Of a DNA stretch of 64,000 bases, positions 50,068 through 59,689 are shown piece after piece. The notes beneath the pieces were generated by a model that was not told the DNA's origin, ran no database searches, and saw only the letters and a program-made list of their open reading frames with translations. Location: assembly GCA_015711795.1 (NCBI GenBank), contig JACVJC010000006.1, forward strand, positions 198 to 64,197, given 5' to 3'. Source of the DNA: Candidatus Geothermocultor quzhuomuensis. GTDB lineage: Bacteria; Actinomycetota; Aquicultoria; Geothermocultorales; Geothermocultoraceae. Positions within the stretch are counted from its first letter, which is position 1. Each line of letters opens with the position of its first letter. The position numbers and the translations under genes were made by a program.

Positions 50068-52398
50068 ATGGAAATTGAAAGATACAAGTTAGGCTTAATT
50101 GAGTTAATAAAAGGAAACAGGAGCAAAATTTTCCTTGCTCTTCTTGTCACAGTCTCAGCTACAGTGATATATTTCAGGCTGATAATCCAACTTCAACGGG
50201 GACCTGGTTGGGATACTTTTGCTTTTCTCTTAAATGGTTTGGAATTTGCTGGTAAGGGAAAGAACTATTTTGAAATTTATCGTCCCCCTTTGCTTTCAGC
50301 TCTTTGTGCCATTTTTTTCCGATTTGGCTTTGACCATGAATTTGTAATTTTCTTGATTGACAGTTTTCTTACAATGCTAGGGATAATTGGGGCATACTAT
50401 CTTTTTCGTCTCCGATTTTCTCCTTCGATAAGCTTTTTAGGCGGCTTATTATTTCTCTCTTTTCCTGATATGATGGAAAACTTGACTCAGGGCATCACTG
50501 ATATTATTTCAATATCCTTGTCTGTTTGGACAATTTATTTTGTCATACGTGCTGTTGAAGATGATAGCAGGTACTTTCAAATTGCAGTACCACTCTGGAT
50601 TCTAACTTTTATGGCTCGGTTCACTGGCGGCTTGATGATTTTGCCTGTTTTATTTTACATAGTGATAAGGCCTAAAGCGGAAAAGTATTTGCTAAATATT
50701 TTTCGTGGTAGTTTATGGTCTCTCCTGATTTTGGTGCCTTACTTTGTTTACTACTGGTTTCGTCTTGGGAGCCCCCTTATTCAACTCGGCGAACCTTTTA
50801 AGGCTGTTGGAGCAACTACAAGATTAGGTATGTTATCGGACCCAATAGAGCCTTCTACTTATTTTGCTACCCATTTTCTAGACTTTCTCTCAGTATTGCC
50901 TTCCAAATATCTCTTTCTTGCATTAGTAATTTTAGGTTTGATAGGCTATGCGGGGCATCTCTTCAAATTAAGGAAACAAAAGCTTTCCCTATTTGGCTTT
51001 TTCTTCTTGTTGCTAACTGGTCTCCTCCTTAGTCTGCTCTTCTTTGTCAAGATAATGAACTTTATGATAGTAAACATCCTCTGGTTTATATATTTAGGCA
51101 TTGTGTTTCCAATGTTTTTTGACTTTGATAGGAAAGCGGCTATTGGTTTAGTCTTTCTATTCTGGTTTGTAATTTTCTTTAACACTCATAGCCATATGCT
51201 TGTTAAAGTTACTCGGTATTACATTACAATGATTCCCTCGATAATTTTTTTCATCATTTATAGCCTCGATTGGGTCAAAACTTTACTTCCAGAGAAGAAA
51301 ATTAGTGCTCAGTTTGCCTTTACTTTGTTAGTTGGCGCTTCAGTAATTATGGTTGGTGTTTCAATATATTTTTCCTATCAATGGCTTAAAGCAATGAAAG
51401 ATTGGCGTATCCCAGGTGTTCAAATGGCTGCAGAGTGGTTTAACCGTTTTGAAAAGAAGGAGAACTTGAAGATTGTTGGAGATTACTTTGTGGCTTGGAG
51501 ATGGTATCTAAGGCGAGAGGTGATCCCAATGCCTCCTCTTAAAGGTGGTTCTCGTGCATTCAACCACGAGTTAGAAAAAATGAATGCTGACTATTACTTT
51601 ACAATTTCAGACCCTGGTCCACTAAATTCTTATAAGCTCTTGAAAGACTTCAAGACAGCGCGAGTATACAAGAAATCAGCTTCTCGACCGCCTGGCAGCC
51701 AAGATGTCTTTCTCATCGGACGAGATGTGGACCATTATATCGATGATATACTTGGGTTTAAGAAGTACTATGTAACAAAAGAAAACTCACCATATCCCGA
51801 TGCTTATAGTGATGTTTCTTATACATATATCGATGAATATTCTCTTGATAAGTTAAAAAGTTATGACGCTGTCCTTCTTTACAATTTTCGCTGGCACGAC
51901 CTAAGAAAAGCTGAAGAACTGTTAAAGCAATATGTTAGTGAGGGCAGATCAGTAATTATCGATGGCTCTAGGAACATGGTGGGCCTAAAGTATAATTTAG
52001 ACAATGCAGTCCTTTTTGACATCATAATCAAGCGCAAATCAACTCCTAAAAATTCTAAAGTGAACATTAATGACGGTTTTCTTGCAAACAAAGTCGATAC
52101 CCATAATTTTTCTCCTTTTTTAACTGAGACAGGAGAAGCCTGGTTTGGTACAACCTATGAGGATGTAAATAAACAGTTTAGGGTCCTAGCTACTCTCAAC
52201 GATGATGTACTTGTAGCAGTTCAAAGGGTTGGCAAAGGGAAGATTATTTGGGTTGGCTTCAATTTATTCTTCCATTCCTTTTATTATCGAAATAAAGATG
52301 AAAAACAGCTTGTCAAGAATATATTTGCTTTAATTTCAATGAATAAAGCAAGCATCGGGTCACGTTTAGAGGAGGAAAGCGATGGAAAGAGCCTCTAA
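50068..52398 (+). CDS. GT-C fold (ArnT/PMT, GT39/GT83-like) lipid-linked-sugar glycosyltransferase with large extracellular C-domain
   Basis: PGWDTF, YRPPLLS, DIIS, MARFTG, TRYY; many TM helices followed by a soluble tail. Confidence 0.72.
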   Translation: MEIERYKLGLIELIKGNRSKIFLALLVTVSATVIYFRLIIQLQRGPGWDTFAFLLNGLEFAGKGKNYFEIYRPPLLSALCAIFFRFGFDHEFVIFLIDSFLTMLGIIGAYYLFRLRFSPSISFLGGLLFLSFPDMMENLTQGITDIISISLSVWTIYFVIRAVEDDSRYFQIAVPLWILTFMARFTGGLMILPVLFYIVIRPKAEKYLLNIFRGSLWSLLILVPYFVYYWFRLGSPLIQLGEPFKAVGATTRLGMLSDPIEPSTYFATHFLDFLSVLPSKYLFLALVILGLIGYAGHLFKLRKQKLSLFGFFFLLLTGLLLSLLFFVKIMNFMIVNILWFIYLGIVFPMFFDFDRKAAIGLVFLFWFVIFFNTHSHMLVKVTRYYITMIPSIIFFIIYSLDWVKTLLPEKKISAQFAFTLLVGASVIMVGVSIYFSYQWLKAMKDWRIPGVQMAAEWFNRFEKKENLKIVGDYFVAWRWYLRREVIPMPPLKGGSRAFNHELEKMNADYYFTISDPGPLNSYKLLKDFKTARVYKKSASRPPGSQDVFLIGRDVDHYIDDILGFKKYYVTKENSPYPDAYSDVSYTYIDEYSLDKLKSYDAVLLYNFRWHDLRKAEELLKQYVSEGRSVIIDGSRNMVGLKYNLDNAVLFDIIIKRKSTPKNSKVNINDGFLANKVDTHNFSPFLTETGEAWFGTTYEDVNKQFRVLATLNDDVLVAVQRVGKGKIIWVGFNLFFHSFYYRNKDEKQLVKNIFALISMNKASIGSRLEEESDGKSL

Positions 52399-53119
52399 AA
52401 GTAAGGTTAGTATAGTGATTCCCTGTTTCAACGAGGAGAAAGGGTTACCTTCGCTTATCTCTAAACTAGAATCTGTGAAAAACTGTTTGCTGGAAAGTTT
52501 TGAGGTAGAGCTTGTTTTCGTAGATGATGGAAGCACAGATGCTACCTATAAATTACTTGATGAAAAATATCAAAATGTAAAGGGTGTGCAAATGGTGAAA
52601 CATATTCAAAATCGAGGGATTGGCGCTGCTTTAAGGACTGGTTTTTCAAAAACAAGTGGGGATATTATTGTAACAGTTGATAGTGATTGTACTTATGACC
52701 CTGAAGAAATTCCTTACCTTCTTTCTTATTTAAAAGACGGCGTTGATGTGGTGGTGGGTTCACCTTATCATCCTAAAGGTAAGTGTCTTGGAGTCCCTGG
52801 TTATAGATTTTTATTGAGCAAATGGCTTTCCTTAATTTATTCTTTTTTACTTAAATCAGACATTCATACTTACACTGGGTTGTTTAGAGCTTACCGTCGG
52901 AGCGTTCTTGACGAACTTCATTTTGTTTCTGATGGGTTTGTTGCCTTAGCTGAGATTTTAATCAAGATTATTTTAGGAGGCAAGAAAGTGGTTGAATATC
53001 CAACTACCCTTTGTGTTCGGCAGTATGGGGAATCTAAACTAAAGATTTTAAAAACTATTTTTGAACATTTAAAACTTATTAGCGTTTTAATTCTTAAAAA
53101 GAAAACTTTGAAGGAGTGA
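52382..53119 (+). CDS. GT2 polyprenol-phosphate glycosyltransferase (DPM1/ArnC-like)
   Basis: IPCFNEE, VDDGSTD, NRGIGAA, TVDSDCTYDP, GESKL. Confidence 0.85.
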   Translation: MERASKSKVSIVIPCFNEEKGLPSLISKLESVKNCLLESFEVELVFVDDGSTDATYKLLDEKYQNVKGVQMVKHIQNRGIGAALRTGFSKTSGDIIVTVDSDCTYDPEEIPYLLSYLKDGVDVVVGSPYHPKGKCLGVPGYRFLLSKWLSLIYSFLLKSDIHTYTGLFRAYRRSVLDELHFVSDGFVALAEILIKIILGGKKVVEYPTTLCVRQYGESKLKILKTIFEHLKLISVLILKKKTLKE

Positions 53120-54129
53120 TTAAAGTGAAAGTTTTAATTACTGGAGTAGCTGGTTTCATTGGCTCTAATTTATTAGATGCTTTATTAGAAAGGAAATATG
53201 AAGTTTTTGGAATCGATAATTTGTCAGTTGGCTCAATTGAGAATATTGAGCACAATTTAGCGAACCCAAATTTTAAATTTATTCAAGGTGATGTGAGGGA
53301 GATGAATGTATTTGAAAGTATTGATAAAGATGTTAGTCAAATTGTTCACTTGGCTTCTCTTAAAATCCCCAAGGAGGGACATGCGGAAGAGACTTTGCTC
53401 AATAATACTCAGGGAATGCATTCTGTTTTAGAATTTGCGCGCAAATACGGCGCAAGCGTCATTTTTGCTTCAACATCAGATGTTTACGGTAAAAGCAATC
53501 AATTTCCTTTTAAAGAGGATGAAAATTTGGTATTGGGCTCAACTGACATTTCCAGGTGGAGTTATGCTTCATCGAAGATTTTCGACGAACATCTTTGTTT
53601 TGCTTATCAATCTACATTTGGTGTTCCCGTTACTGTTTTAAGGTATTTTAATTCTTATGGGCCAAGACACAATCTAACTTGGAGAGGTGGTCCCCAGTCC
53701 CTTTTCATTGAGGCTATTTTAAAAGGCAGAGAAATAGTAATTCATGGCGATGGGAGCCAGCGAAGATGCTTTACTTATGTTTCGGATATTGTAGATGGAA
53801 CAATTTTAGCTATGGAAAGGGAAGAAGCTAAAGGAGAGATCTTTAATATTGGAAATGACCAAACCGAGATATCAATTAAGGATTTGGCTTACCTAATTAA
53901 AGATCTTTCTGGCCAGAAAGGCGATTTAAAAATAAGGTATCTTCCTCATGAAAAACTTTTTGGAAAATTTGATGAAGTTAAGAGACGAATTCCAGACTTA
54001 AGTAAGGCAAAAAAAATATTAGGATTCACTCCAAAAATAAGCTTAGTAGAAGGCTTAAAAAGAACGATCGAGTGGCAAAAAAATTACTACTTAAAGAAGG
54101 ATAAAGTTTTACATATGAGTAAGGGATAA
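53116..54129 (+). CDS. NAD-dependent epimerase/dehydratase, UDP-glucuronate decarboxylase-like
   Basis: ITGVAGFIGSNL, FASTSDVYG, RWSYASSK, RYFNSYGPR, GDGSQRRCFTYVSD. Confidence 0.82.
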   Translation: MIKVKVLITGVAGFIGSNLLDALLERKYEVFGIDNLSVGSIENIEHNLANPNFKFIQGDVREMNVFESIDKDVSQIVHLASLKIPKEGHAEETLLNNTQGMHSVLEFARKYGASVIFASTSDVYGKSNQFPFKEDENLVLGSTDISRWSYASSKIFDEHLCFAYQSTFGVPVTVLRYFNSYGPRHNLTWRGGPQSLFIEAILKGREIVIHGDGSQRRCFTYVSDIVDGTILAMEREEAKGEIFNIGNDQTEISIKDLAYLIKDLSGQKGDLKIRYLPHEKLFGKFDEVKRRIPDLSKAKKILGFTPKISLVEGLKRTIEWQKNYYLKKDKVLHMSKG

Positions 54130-54725
54130 AATAAATAATTTACCTTCTTGATTTTCTTATATTGATAAGCGAGAAATCTTATTCTAGTGAGGATAAGCTT
54201 TAATTTTTTACTTTTTTTGACGATAATAAAGATGAGGGCAGGAAGGAGATGGGAACGATGACAGAGATAATTATAGCTTTGCTAATTGCTTATCTATTTT
54301 TCTTGCACTTCTTCTTTGCTTTGTTCAATTTTGCACCCAACCTGTTTCCCATAACTCAGTGCTAGCACAACCGTCGAGCGGGAGAATTTATATTGTTAAT
54401 CAAGGTGTTTTGGAGGAGAAGACTTTAGATACCAAAGGTTCAGTTGCGAAGGTAAAACTAATAAGATCCAGCTCACAAATCCTAAATAAATCCAAAATCC
54501 TAATGCTTTAAATCCCAAACCTTAAGGTTAACTAGGTTAGATTTAAAACAATCAATTACTACTTTTACCATTTAGTTAGTGTTTTGCATTTCAGATTTTC
54601 TTTGCTGCTCGCCTTATAACCTTTGCTCTTAAATCTTTCAATCTTCACCCCCATTTTGCTTCAGACTTCTGCGCTTCAGCACCTTCGGCGTGATTTATGT
54701 CTTACCTATGTTATACTTTCTTTAA

Positions 54726-54914
54726 ATGTTAAAGGTTTCTTTAGGAGATAAAGTTAAACTAAAAAAGCCTCACCCTTGCGGAGAAAATGCTTGGAAGGTT
54801 ACCAGAGTTGGGATGGACATTGGTTTGAAATGTTTGAGATGTAGTCGGCAGGTTAGGCTTTTGCGTAGGGATTTTGAACGACGGTTCCGAGGCTACCTGG
54901 AAAAGGAAAAGTGA
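54726..54914 (+). CDS. DUF951 family protein
   Basis: GDKVKLKKPHPCG...RVGMDIGLKCLRC; commonly upstream of ychF. Confidence 0.88.
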   Translation: MLKVSLGDKVKLKKPHPCGENAWKVTRVGMDIGLKCLRCSRQVRLLRRDFERRFRGYLEKEK

Positions 54915-54942
54915 ACAGAGAAAACTAACAACTGAGGTAAAG

Positions 54943-56031
54943 ATGCAAGTTGGAATTATTGGTTTACCTAATGCAGGAAAATCAACCCTTTTTAATGCTT
55001 TAACACTTGCTCACGCACCTGTTGCCTCTTATCCTTTTACCACAGTTGATCCAAATGTTGGGATAGCGGAAGTTCCAGATGAACGATTACATAAAATTGC
55101 TCAAATCACTCACCCGGAAAAAATTGTTCCAGCAGCTATTAAATTTCTTGATGTTGCTGGTTTAGTTCGGGGAGCTAGTAAAGGCGAGGGACTTGGTAAT
55201 CAATTTTTAAGCCAAATTAGGGGAGTCGATGCCCTAATTCATGTGGTTCGATGTTTTAAAAATGAGGGTATTCCTCATGTTGATGGTGAGATTCATCCTC
55301 TTTACGACATTGAGACCATTAATATTGAACTAATCCTGGCTGATTTGGAGGTTTTAAACCGACGGATAGTCAAGATAGAAAAAAAAGCCCAAGCTGGAGA
55401 AAAGGAGTATAAGGAAGAGTTAGCTGTTTTGCTTAAGGTAAAAGAAGAGTTGGATAAAGGAATTCCCCTTCGCTCAATTGACTTAAAAGAAGAAGAGAGA
55501 GGAAAACTTATTTCTATTGACCTCCTTACCTTAAAGCCTTTGATTTATGTTCTCAATGTTTCCGAAGACGAGATTGGAAAAGAAGAAACTCTTTATCGAG
55601 AGGTTTTAGAAAGGGCTAAGAGGGAAAGAGCCTCTTCAGTAGTGGTTTCAGCCAAGCTAGAGGCGGAGCTAGCAGAACTTAGTGAGGAAGAGAGGAAAGA
55701 CTTTATCAAAGAGATGGGCTTGGGTGAATCCCGTTTACCTCAAGTAATTAAGGTAAGTTCTGACCTTTTAAATTTAATTTCTTTCTTTACTACTGAGTCA
55801 GACGAATGTCGAGCTTGGCTAATTCCTAAGGGAACTAAAGCAGCTCAAGCAGCTGGAAAAATTCATTCTGATATGGAAAAGGGCTTTATTAAGGCTGAGG
55901 TGGTTCACTATAAAGATTTAATCGAAGCCGGTTCATTTCATGCAGCTAGGGAAAGTGGTCACTTTTTAATAGAAGGGAGAGAATATGTTGTTCAAGATGG
56001 CGATATTATTACCTTTAAATTCTCTGTTTAA
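54943..56031 (+). CDS. ychF: Redox-regulated ATPase YchF
   Basis: GIIGLPNAGKSTLFNALT, YPFTTVDPN, DVAGLV.GASKGEGLGNQFL, AGKIHSD, YVVQDGD; start ATG 54943. Confidence 0.96.
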   Translation: MQVGIIGLPNAGKSTLFNALTLAHAPVASYPFTTVDPNVGIAEVPDERLHKIAQITHPEKIVPAAIKFLDVAGLVRGASKGEGLGNQFLSQIRGVDALIHVVRCFKNEGIPHVDGEIHPLYDIETINIELILADLEVLNRRIVKIEKKAQAGEKEYKEELAVLLKVKEELDKGIPLRSIDLKEEERGKLISIDLLTLKPLIYVLNVSEDEIGKEETLYREVLERAKRERASSVVVSAKLEAELAELSEEERKDFIKEMGLGESRLPQVIKVSSDLLNLISFFTTESDECRAWLIPKGTKAAQAAGKIHSDMEKGFIKAEVVHYKDLIEAGSFHAARESGHFLIEGREYVVQDGDIITFKFSV

Positions 56032-56342
56032 CCTTCAAATCGACTGAAGTTACAAGACTAAAGTCTGATTCAACACAAGGACTGAAGAATTAAGACCATA
56101 AACTAGAAGACTAAAACTAAAGTTCTTTTGAAAATAAGATGATTTTGCTTCACTCTTCAGAGTTTTAGTGTTTTTTGACTGACGCCTTTTGGTGAACAGT
56201 TTTTTGCCTCATTGGGTAGTGAAAACTTCTTTTAAGGTCGAAAAAATTTTTCCCAAAAGGGAGAGAAGTTTGCCTGAGAGGACAATTCCCTTGCTCCATT
56301 AACTCCTGTTATCTTGAAAAAAATGGGTTAGGAGGGGTTGCC

Positions 56343-57608
56343 ATGAAAAGAATTTTTTTAGCGGTCTTTTTAGTTTTTTTCCTTCTTTCTCTTACTTCTT
56401 TTACTTGGGCTGAAGAAAGTTCCTTTTTAATTTGGCCCGTTAAGGGAAAAGTTATCCTTCGTTTTGGTGAAAAATATAATCTCGATGGGAATGAAAAGAC
56501 TCATTATGGAATAGATATTCAAGCCCAATCAGGGGAAATAGTAGTGGCTGCAGCTTCAGGGGTAGTTTCTTTTGCTGGCTTTACCCCAGCTGGTGGAGAT
56601 GATAGTTCAGTTAAAAATACGGTTTCAATCGAACATTTAAATGGCCTAAAGACTACTTATCTTCAACTTGACCAGATAGTAGTTACTAAAGGTCAGGAGG
56701 TTACTCAAGGTGAGAAAATTGGTGTCATTGCTCTCTCAGGAGATAAATCTTCTAGCTATTCTCATCTTCACCTTGGTTTGAGGAGGGGAACTACCTATTT
56801 AAACCCAGAAGATTACTTACCACCTTTAGTTAATGAACCTTTAGAGGGAACAAAGGAGCAATCAGAACCCGTTGAAAAATTTGGAGAAACCCTTTTCCCA
56901 AAAGAATCAGCTTCGATTGTTAATGATGGAGAAGAAAAAATGCCCTTTGAATTAAGGCTTGAGCCCGAAACTTTAAGTATTTCTTCGGAAGAAAAAGGAG
57001 AAAGTTTAATTGATGGTTTAGCTCCTCTATTGGATAGTCAAGTTAAAGATTCCTTTAATTTAAAAGCTCCTTCTCCTAATTCCTTATTAGATAACAATTA
57101 TTTCAATTATTTGGCTAGTGCAGTTAGTTTTTCACCTTTTGTCTCTGAAAAGGAGGAAGAGCCAAAGAAAATAATAAATCAGGATTTAAAAGGGGGGCAA
57201 AACTTTAAGGTTTTAAAAGAAAGTGAGGGCAAAAGAGTTTCTTCTTCAAAAGAATCAAGTTTCCATTGGGAGGGTTTAAATAAAGCTCAGCCTTTTAAGG
57301 ATAGAAATTCTTTTAAACCTCAAAAAGCTTTAATTTTAAAACCAAATTTAATTTCTTCTTTACCTTCCCCTTTAACTGATATCAAAGATTTTCAAAAGAG
57401 AACCGTCTTTAAATTTAATCTCCAAACTTTTCAGCCAAAGGAGAAGATGAGGCTGAAAGAAGCAAAAAAGTCAAGGAAATCAGTTTTTGGTATCAACCTT
57501 GTTGAGGAAAGCTTTCTTTTTCTTGGTTCATTTATTGTATTATTGTTAACCTTTTCTCTTTTTCTACTCTCTAAAGTTAAAATCCCACACCATTTTAAGT
57601 TCATTTAA
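56343..57608 (+). CDS. M23 family metallopeptidase with signal peptide, long low-complexity linker and C-terminal TM
   Basis: WPVKG, HYGIDI, HLHLG; hydrophobic C-terminal helix. Confidence 0.8.
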   Translation: MKRIFLAVFLVFFLLSLTSFTWAEESSFLIWPVKGKVILRFGEKYNLDGNEKTHYGIDIQAQSGEIVVAAASGVVSFAGFTPAGGDDSSVKNTVSIEHLNGLKTTYLQLDQIVVTKGQEVTQGEKIGVIALSGDKSSSYSHLHLGLRRGTTYLNPEDYLPPLVNEPLEGTKEQSEPVEKFGETLFPKESASIVNDGEEKMPFELRLEPETLSISSEEKGESLIDGLAPLLDSQVKDSFNLKAPSPNSLLDNNYFNYLASAVSFSPFVSEKEEEPKKIINQDLKGGQNFKVLKESEGKRVSSSKESSFHWEGLNKAQPFKDRNSFKPQKALILKPNLISSLPSPLTDIKDFQKRTVFKFNLQTFQPKEKMRLKEAKKSRKSVFGINLVEESFLFLGSFIVLLLTFSLFLLSKVKIPHHFKFI

Positions 57609-57644
57609 TCGAGATGAGGTTAAGATTTAATTTTGAGGGAAATC

Positions 57645-57673
57645 TTGCTTCATGTTTTTCCCCTTGATATAAT
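57645..57673 (+). promoter_or_regulatory. Promoter of the rpsF operon (TTGCTT-17-TATAAT, extended TG)
   Basis: TTGCTT 57645-57650; TATAAT 57668-57673. Confidence 0.6.
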
Positions 57674-57679
57674 ACCTTC

Positions 57680-57770
57680 ACTTTGAATCCCTGCTCCCAG
57701 GAAGGCTAACTTAAAGTCAGGATGGGAGCTGTTTGCCTGTGACACAGGCAAAAGACTGAAGGGAGGTGAA
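57680..57770 (+). ncRNA. Candidate S6:S18 autoregulatory leader (rpsF leader)
   Basis: CCC followed by GCTCCC/GGGAGC stem and TTTGCCTG/CAGGCAAA hairpin directly before the RBS of rpsF-ssb-rpsR. Confidence 0.45.
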
Positions 57771-57774
57771 AAGG

Positions 57775-58074
57775 TTGCCTTTATATGAATTGATGTTTAT
57801 TCTCAACCCTTCTCAGGAGAAAGAAGCGATTAAAAAAATCATAGAAAGAATTACTTCTTTAATTTCTAAAGCTAAGGGTAAGATTGAGAAGGTTGATGAG
57901 TGGGGGAAGAGGAAGTTAGCTTACCCTATTGAAAAACATGGAGAAGGTTATTATGTTGTGATAAACTTTAAATTGGAACCCAAAAAGGTTAGTGATATTA
58001 ATCGAGCTTTAAGATTATCAAGTGATATTTTGAGACATATTATTGTCCGAACCGATGTTAAGGAGGGGGCTTAG
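57775..58074 (+). CDS. rpsF: 30S ribosomal protein S6
   Basis: YELMFILNP, DEWGKRKLAYPI, GYYVV, LRHII; TTG 57775 follows GGAGGTG. Confidence 0.96.
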   Translation: MPLYELMFILNPSQEKEAIKKIIERITSLISKAKGKIEKVDEWGKRKLAYPIEKHGEGYYVVINFKLEPKKVSDINRALRLSSDILRHIIVRTDVKEGA

Positions 58075-58485
58075 ATGGATATTAATAAAGTTGTTTTGAT
58101 TGGAAGATTAACTAAGGACCCTGAGCTAAGATTTACACCGGACGGGACACCAGTAACAACCCTAAGGTTAGCAGTAAATCGTCGTCCTAATAGGGAAGGG
58201 AAGACTGAAACAGATTTTTTCGATGTCATTGTTTGGCGTCGAGCAGCTGAGTTGTGTTCACAGTATATAAAAAAGGGATATCGAATCGCCTTGGAAGGAA
58301 GGCTTCGAACGAGGTCTTGGCAAACCTCCGACGGTCAAAATAGATCAAAGGTTGAAGTAGAGGCAACTAATGTTCAATTTCTTGACCGCCCTCGTCAAGC
58401 TAATCAAATGGTGGAGGAGGAATTAGTTGAAGGGGGAGAAATTTTAGATGAAAATGCCGAAGACACAGATGATATTCCATTTTAG
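58075..58485 (+). CDS. ssb: Single-stranded DNA-binding protein
   Basis: NKVVLIGRLTKDPELRFT, EGRLRTRSW, C-terminal DDIPF. Confidence 0.97.
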   Translation: MDINKVVLIGRLTKDPELRFTPDGTPVTTLRLAVNRRPNREGKTETDFFDVIVWRRAAELCSQYIKKGYRIALEGRLRTRSWQTSDGQNRSKVEVEATNVQFLDRPRQANQMVEEELVEGGEILDENAEDTDDIPF

Positions 58486-58497
58486 GGAGAATAAAAA

Positions 58498-58728
58498 ATG
58501 AATGGCGAGTTATTTAAAAGGAGAAAAAAATATTGTTATTTTTGTAAGGAAGGTATTGATTTCGTTGACTATAAAGATGATAACTTTCTTAGAAGGTTCC
58601 TTTCTGATCGAGGGAAAATTAGATCTCGTCGAGCAACAGGTAATTGCGCTCGTCATCAAAGGCTTGTGGCGACAGCAATTAAAAGAGCTCGAGAAATGGG
58701 TCTCTTGCCTTATACGATGACTAGGTAA
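58498..58728 (+). CDS. rpsR: 30S ribosomal protein S18 (zinc-binding)
   Basis: [36 protein letters not shown]. Confidence 0.96.
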   Translation: MNGELFKRRKKYCYFCKEGIDFVDYKDDNFLRRFLSDRGKIRSRRATGNCARHQRLVATAIKRAREMGLLPYTMTR

Positions 58729-58729
58729 G

Positions 58730-59689
58730 GTGAATGATAAACCAATCAGGAAAATTGAAGAAACCATATTAACTTTTTTCCTCTTTCTTTTAAGCTTTTT
58801 TTTCTTTTCTTATTTTCCTTTTTTCTTTTTCTTATCCCTTCCCTTTCTTCCTCTTTTAATTTTTCATTTTTATCTTCGTCATGGGTTACCTTATACTCTT
58901 TTACTCGCTTTTTTTCTCCTTTTTTCTTTAACCATTTTTCTCTCATTTTTTCAGGGATTATTTATTTGGTTAATTTTGATTTGGTTTGGGATAATTCAAA
59001 ATTGGTTAATTCAAAGAAAGATTACTCCTTTAAAGCTAATCTTTATTAACACCTTATTTATATTTTTTTTATTCATTGGGGCTGGTTTAACTGCTTACTA
59101 TTTTTTTGGGACTAATCCAATTACCTTTGAAAGGAAAGCAATTGAAAATTTTCTTGATGAGCAGAAAAAAATAGCTTTTTCATCTGGATTGACGGAAGAA
59201 AAAGTAGTAGATGAATTTCGCTTTTTAGAGAAAGCCTTGAGAAGCTCAGTTTATCTTTGGCCAAGTGGTATATTTTTTTATAGTGTTTTGATTAGCTTTT
59301 TAAATTTTATTGTTACCCGATTGACTTTAAAAGATAAAAAATTGGAATTCTTAGACCTTCCTTCCTTTAAAAATTGGCATTTTCCTTGGTATCTTGTTTG
59401 GGGATATATCTTAGGGCTAACAGGTGTTTTTTTCTACCGATTTGCTCGCAACTTTGAGCAAATAATTTTTATTGGAAGTATTAATCTTTTAGTCAGCTTT
59501 GGCTTATTATTTTTTATTCAAGGACTTTCAATTTTATGGTATTTTTTTGATAAGTACAAATTACCATGGTGGGCGAAGGCTGTGTTATGTTCAGTTGCTA
59601 TTTTGTTACAATTGGTATTTCAAGTCTTAACCTGGGTTGGGGTTTTCGATACTTGGTTTAATTATCGAAAGTTAAAGGAGGCTTATTGA
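58730..59689 (+). CDS. YybS / DUF2232 membrane protein
   Basis: Polytopic; F..W.FP, QGLSI, GVFD.WFNYRK; syntenic between rpsR and rplI. Confidence 0.85.
   Translation: MNDKPIRKIEETILTFFLFLLSFFFFSYFPFFFFLSLPFLPLLIFHFYLRHGLPYTLLLAFFLLFSLTIFLSFFQGLFIWLILIWFGIIQNWLIQRKITPLKLIFINTLFIFFLFIGAGLTAYYFFGTNPITFERKAIENFLDEQKKIAFSSGLTEEKVVDEFRFLEKALRSSVYLWPSGIFFYSVLISFLNFIVTRLTLKDKKLEFLDLPSFKNWHFPWYLVWGYILGLTGVFFYRFARNFEQIIFIGSINLLVSFGLLFFIQGLSILWYFFDKYKLPWWAKAVLCSVAILLQLVFQVLTWVGVFDTWFNYRKLKEAY

Noticed and set aside
50068-52398. Assignment as an oligosaccharyltransferase (AglB/PglB/STT3)
   Set aside because: No WWDYG motif seen; better described as an ArnT/PMT-like GT-C.
54249-54511. Frameshifted small exported-protein remnant (MTEIIIALLIAYL... 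/ ...VLAQPSSGRIYIVNQG)
   Set aside because: Plausible pseudogene with an RBS, but too short and unidentifiable to call.
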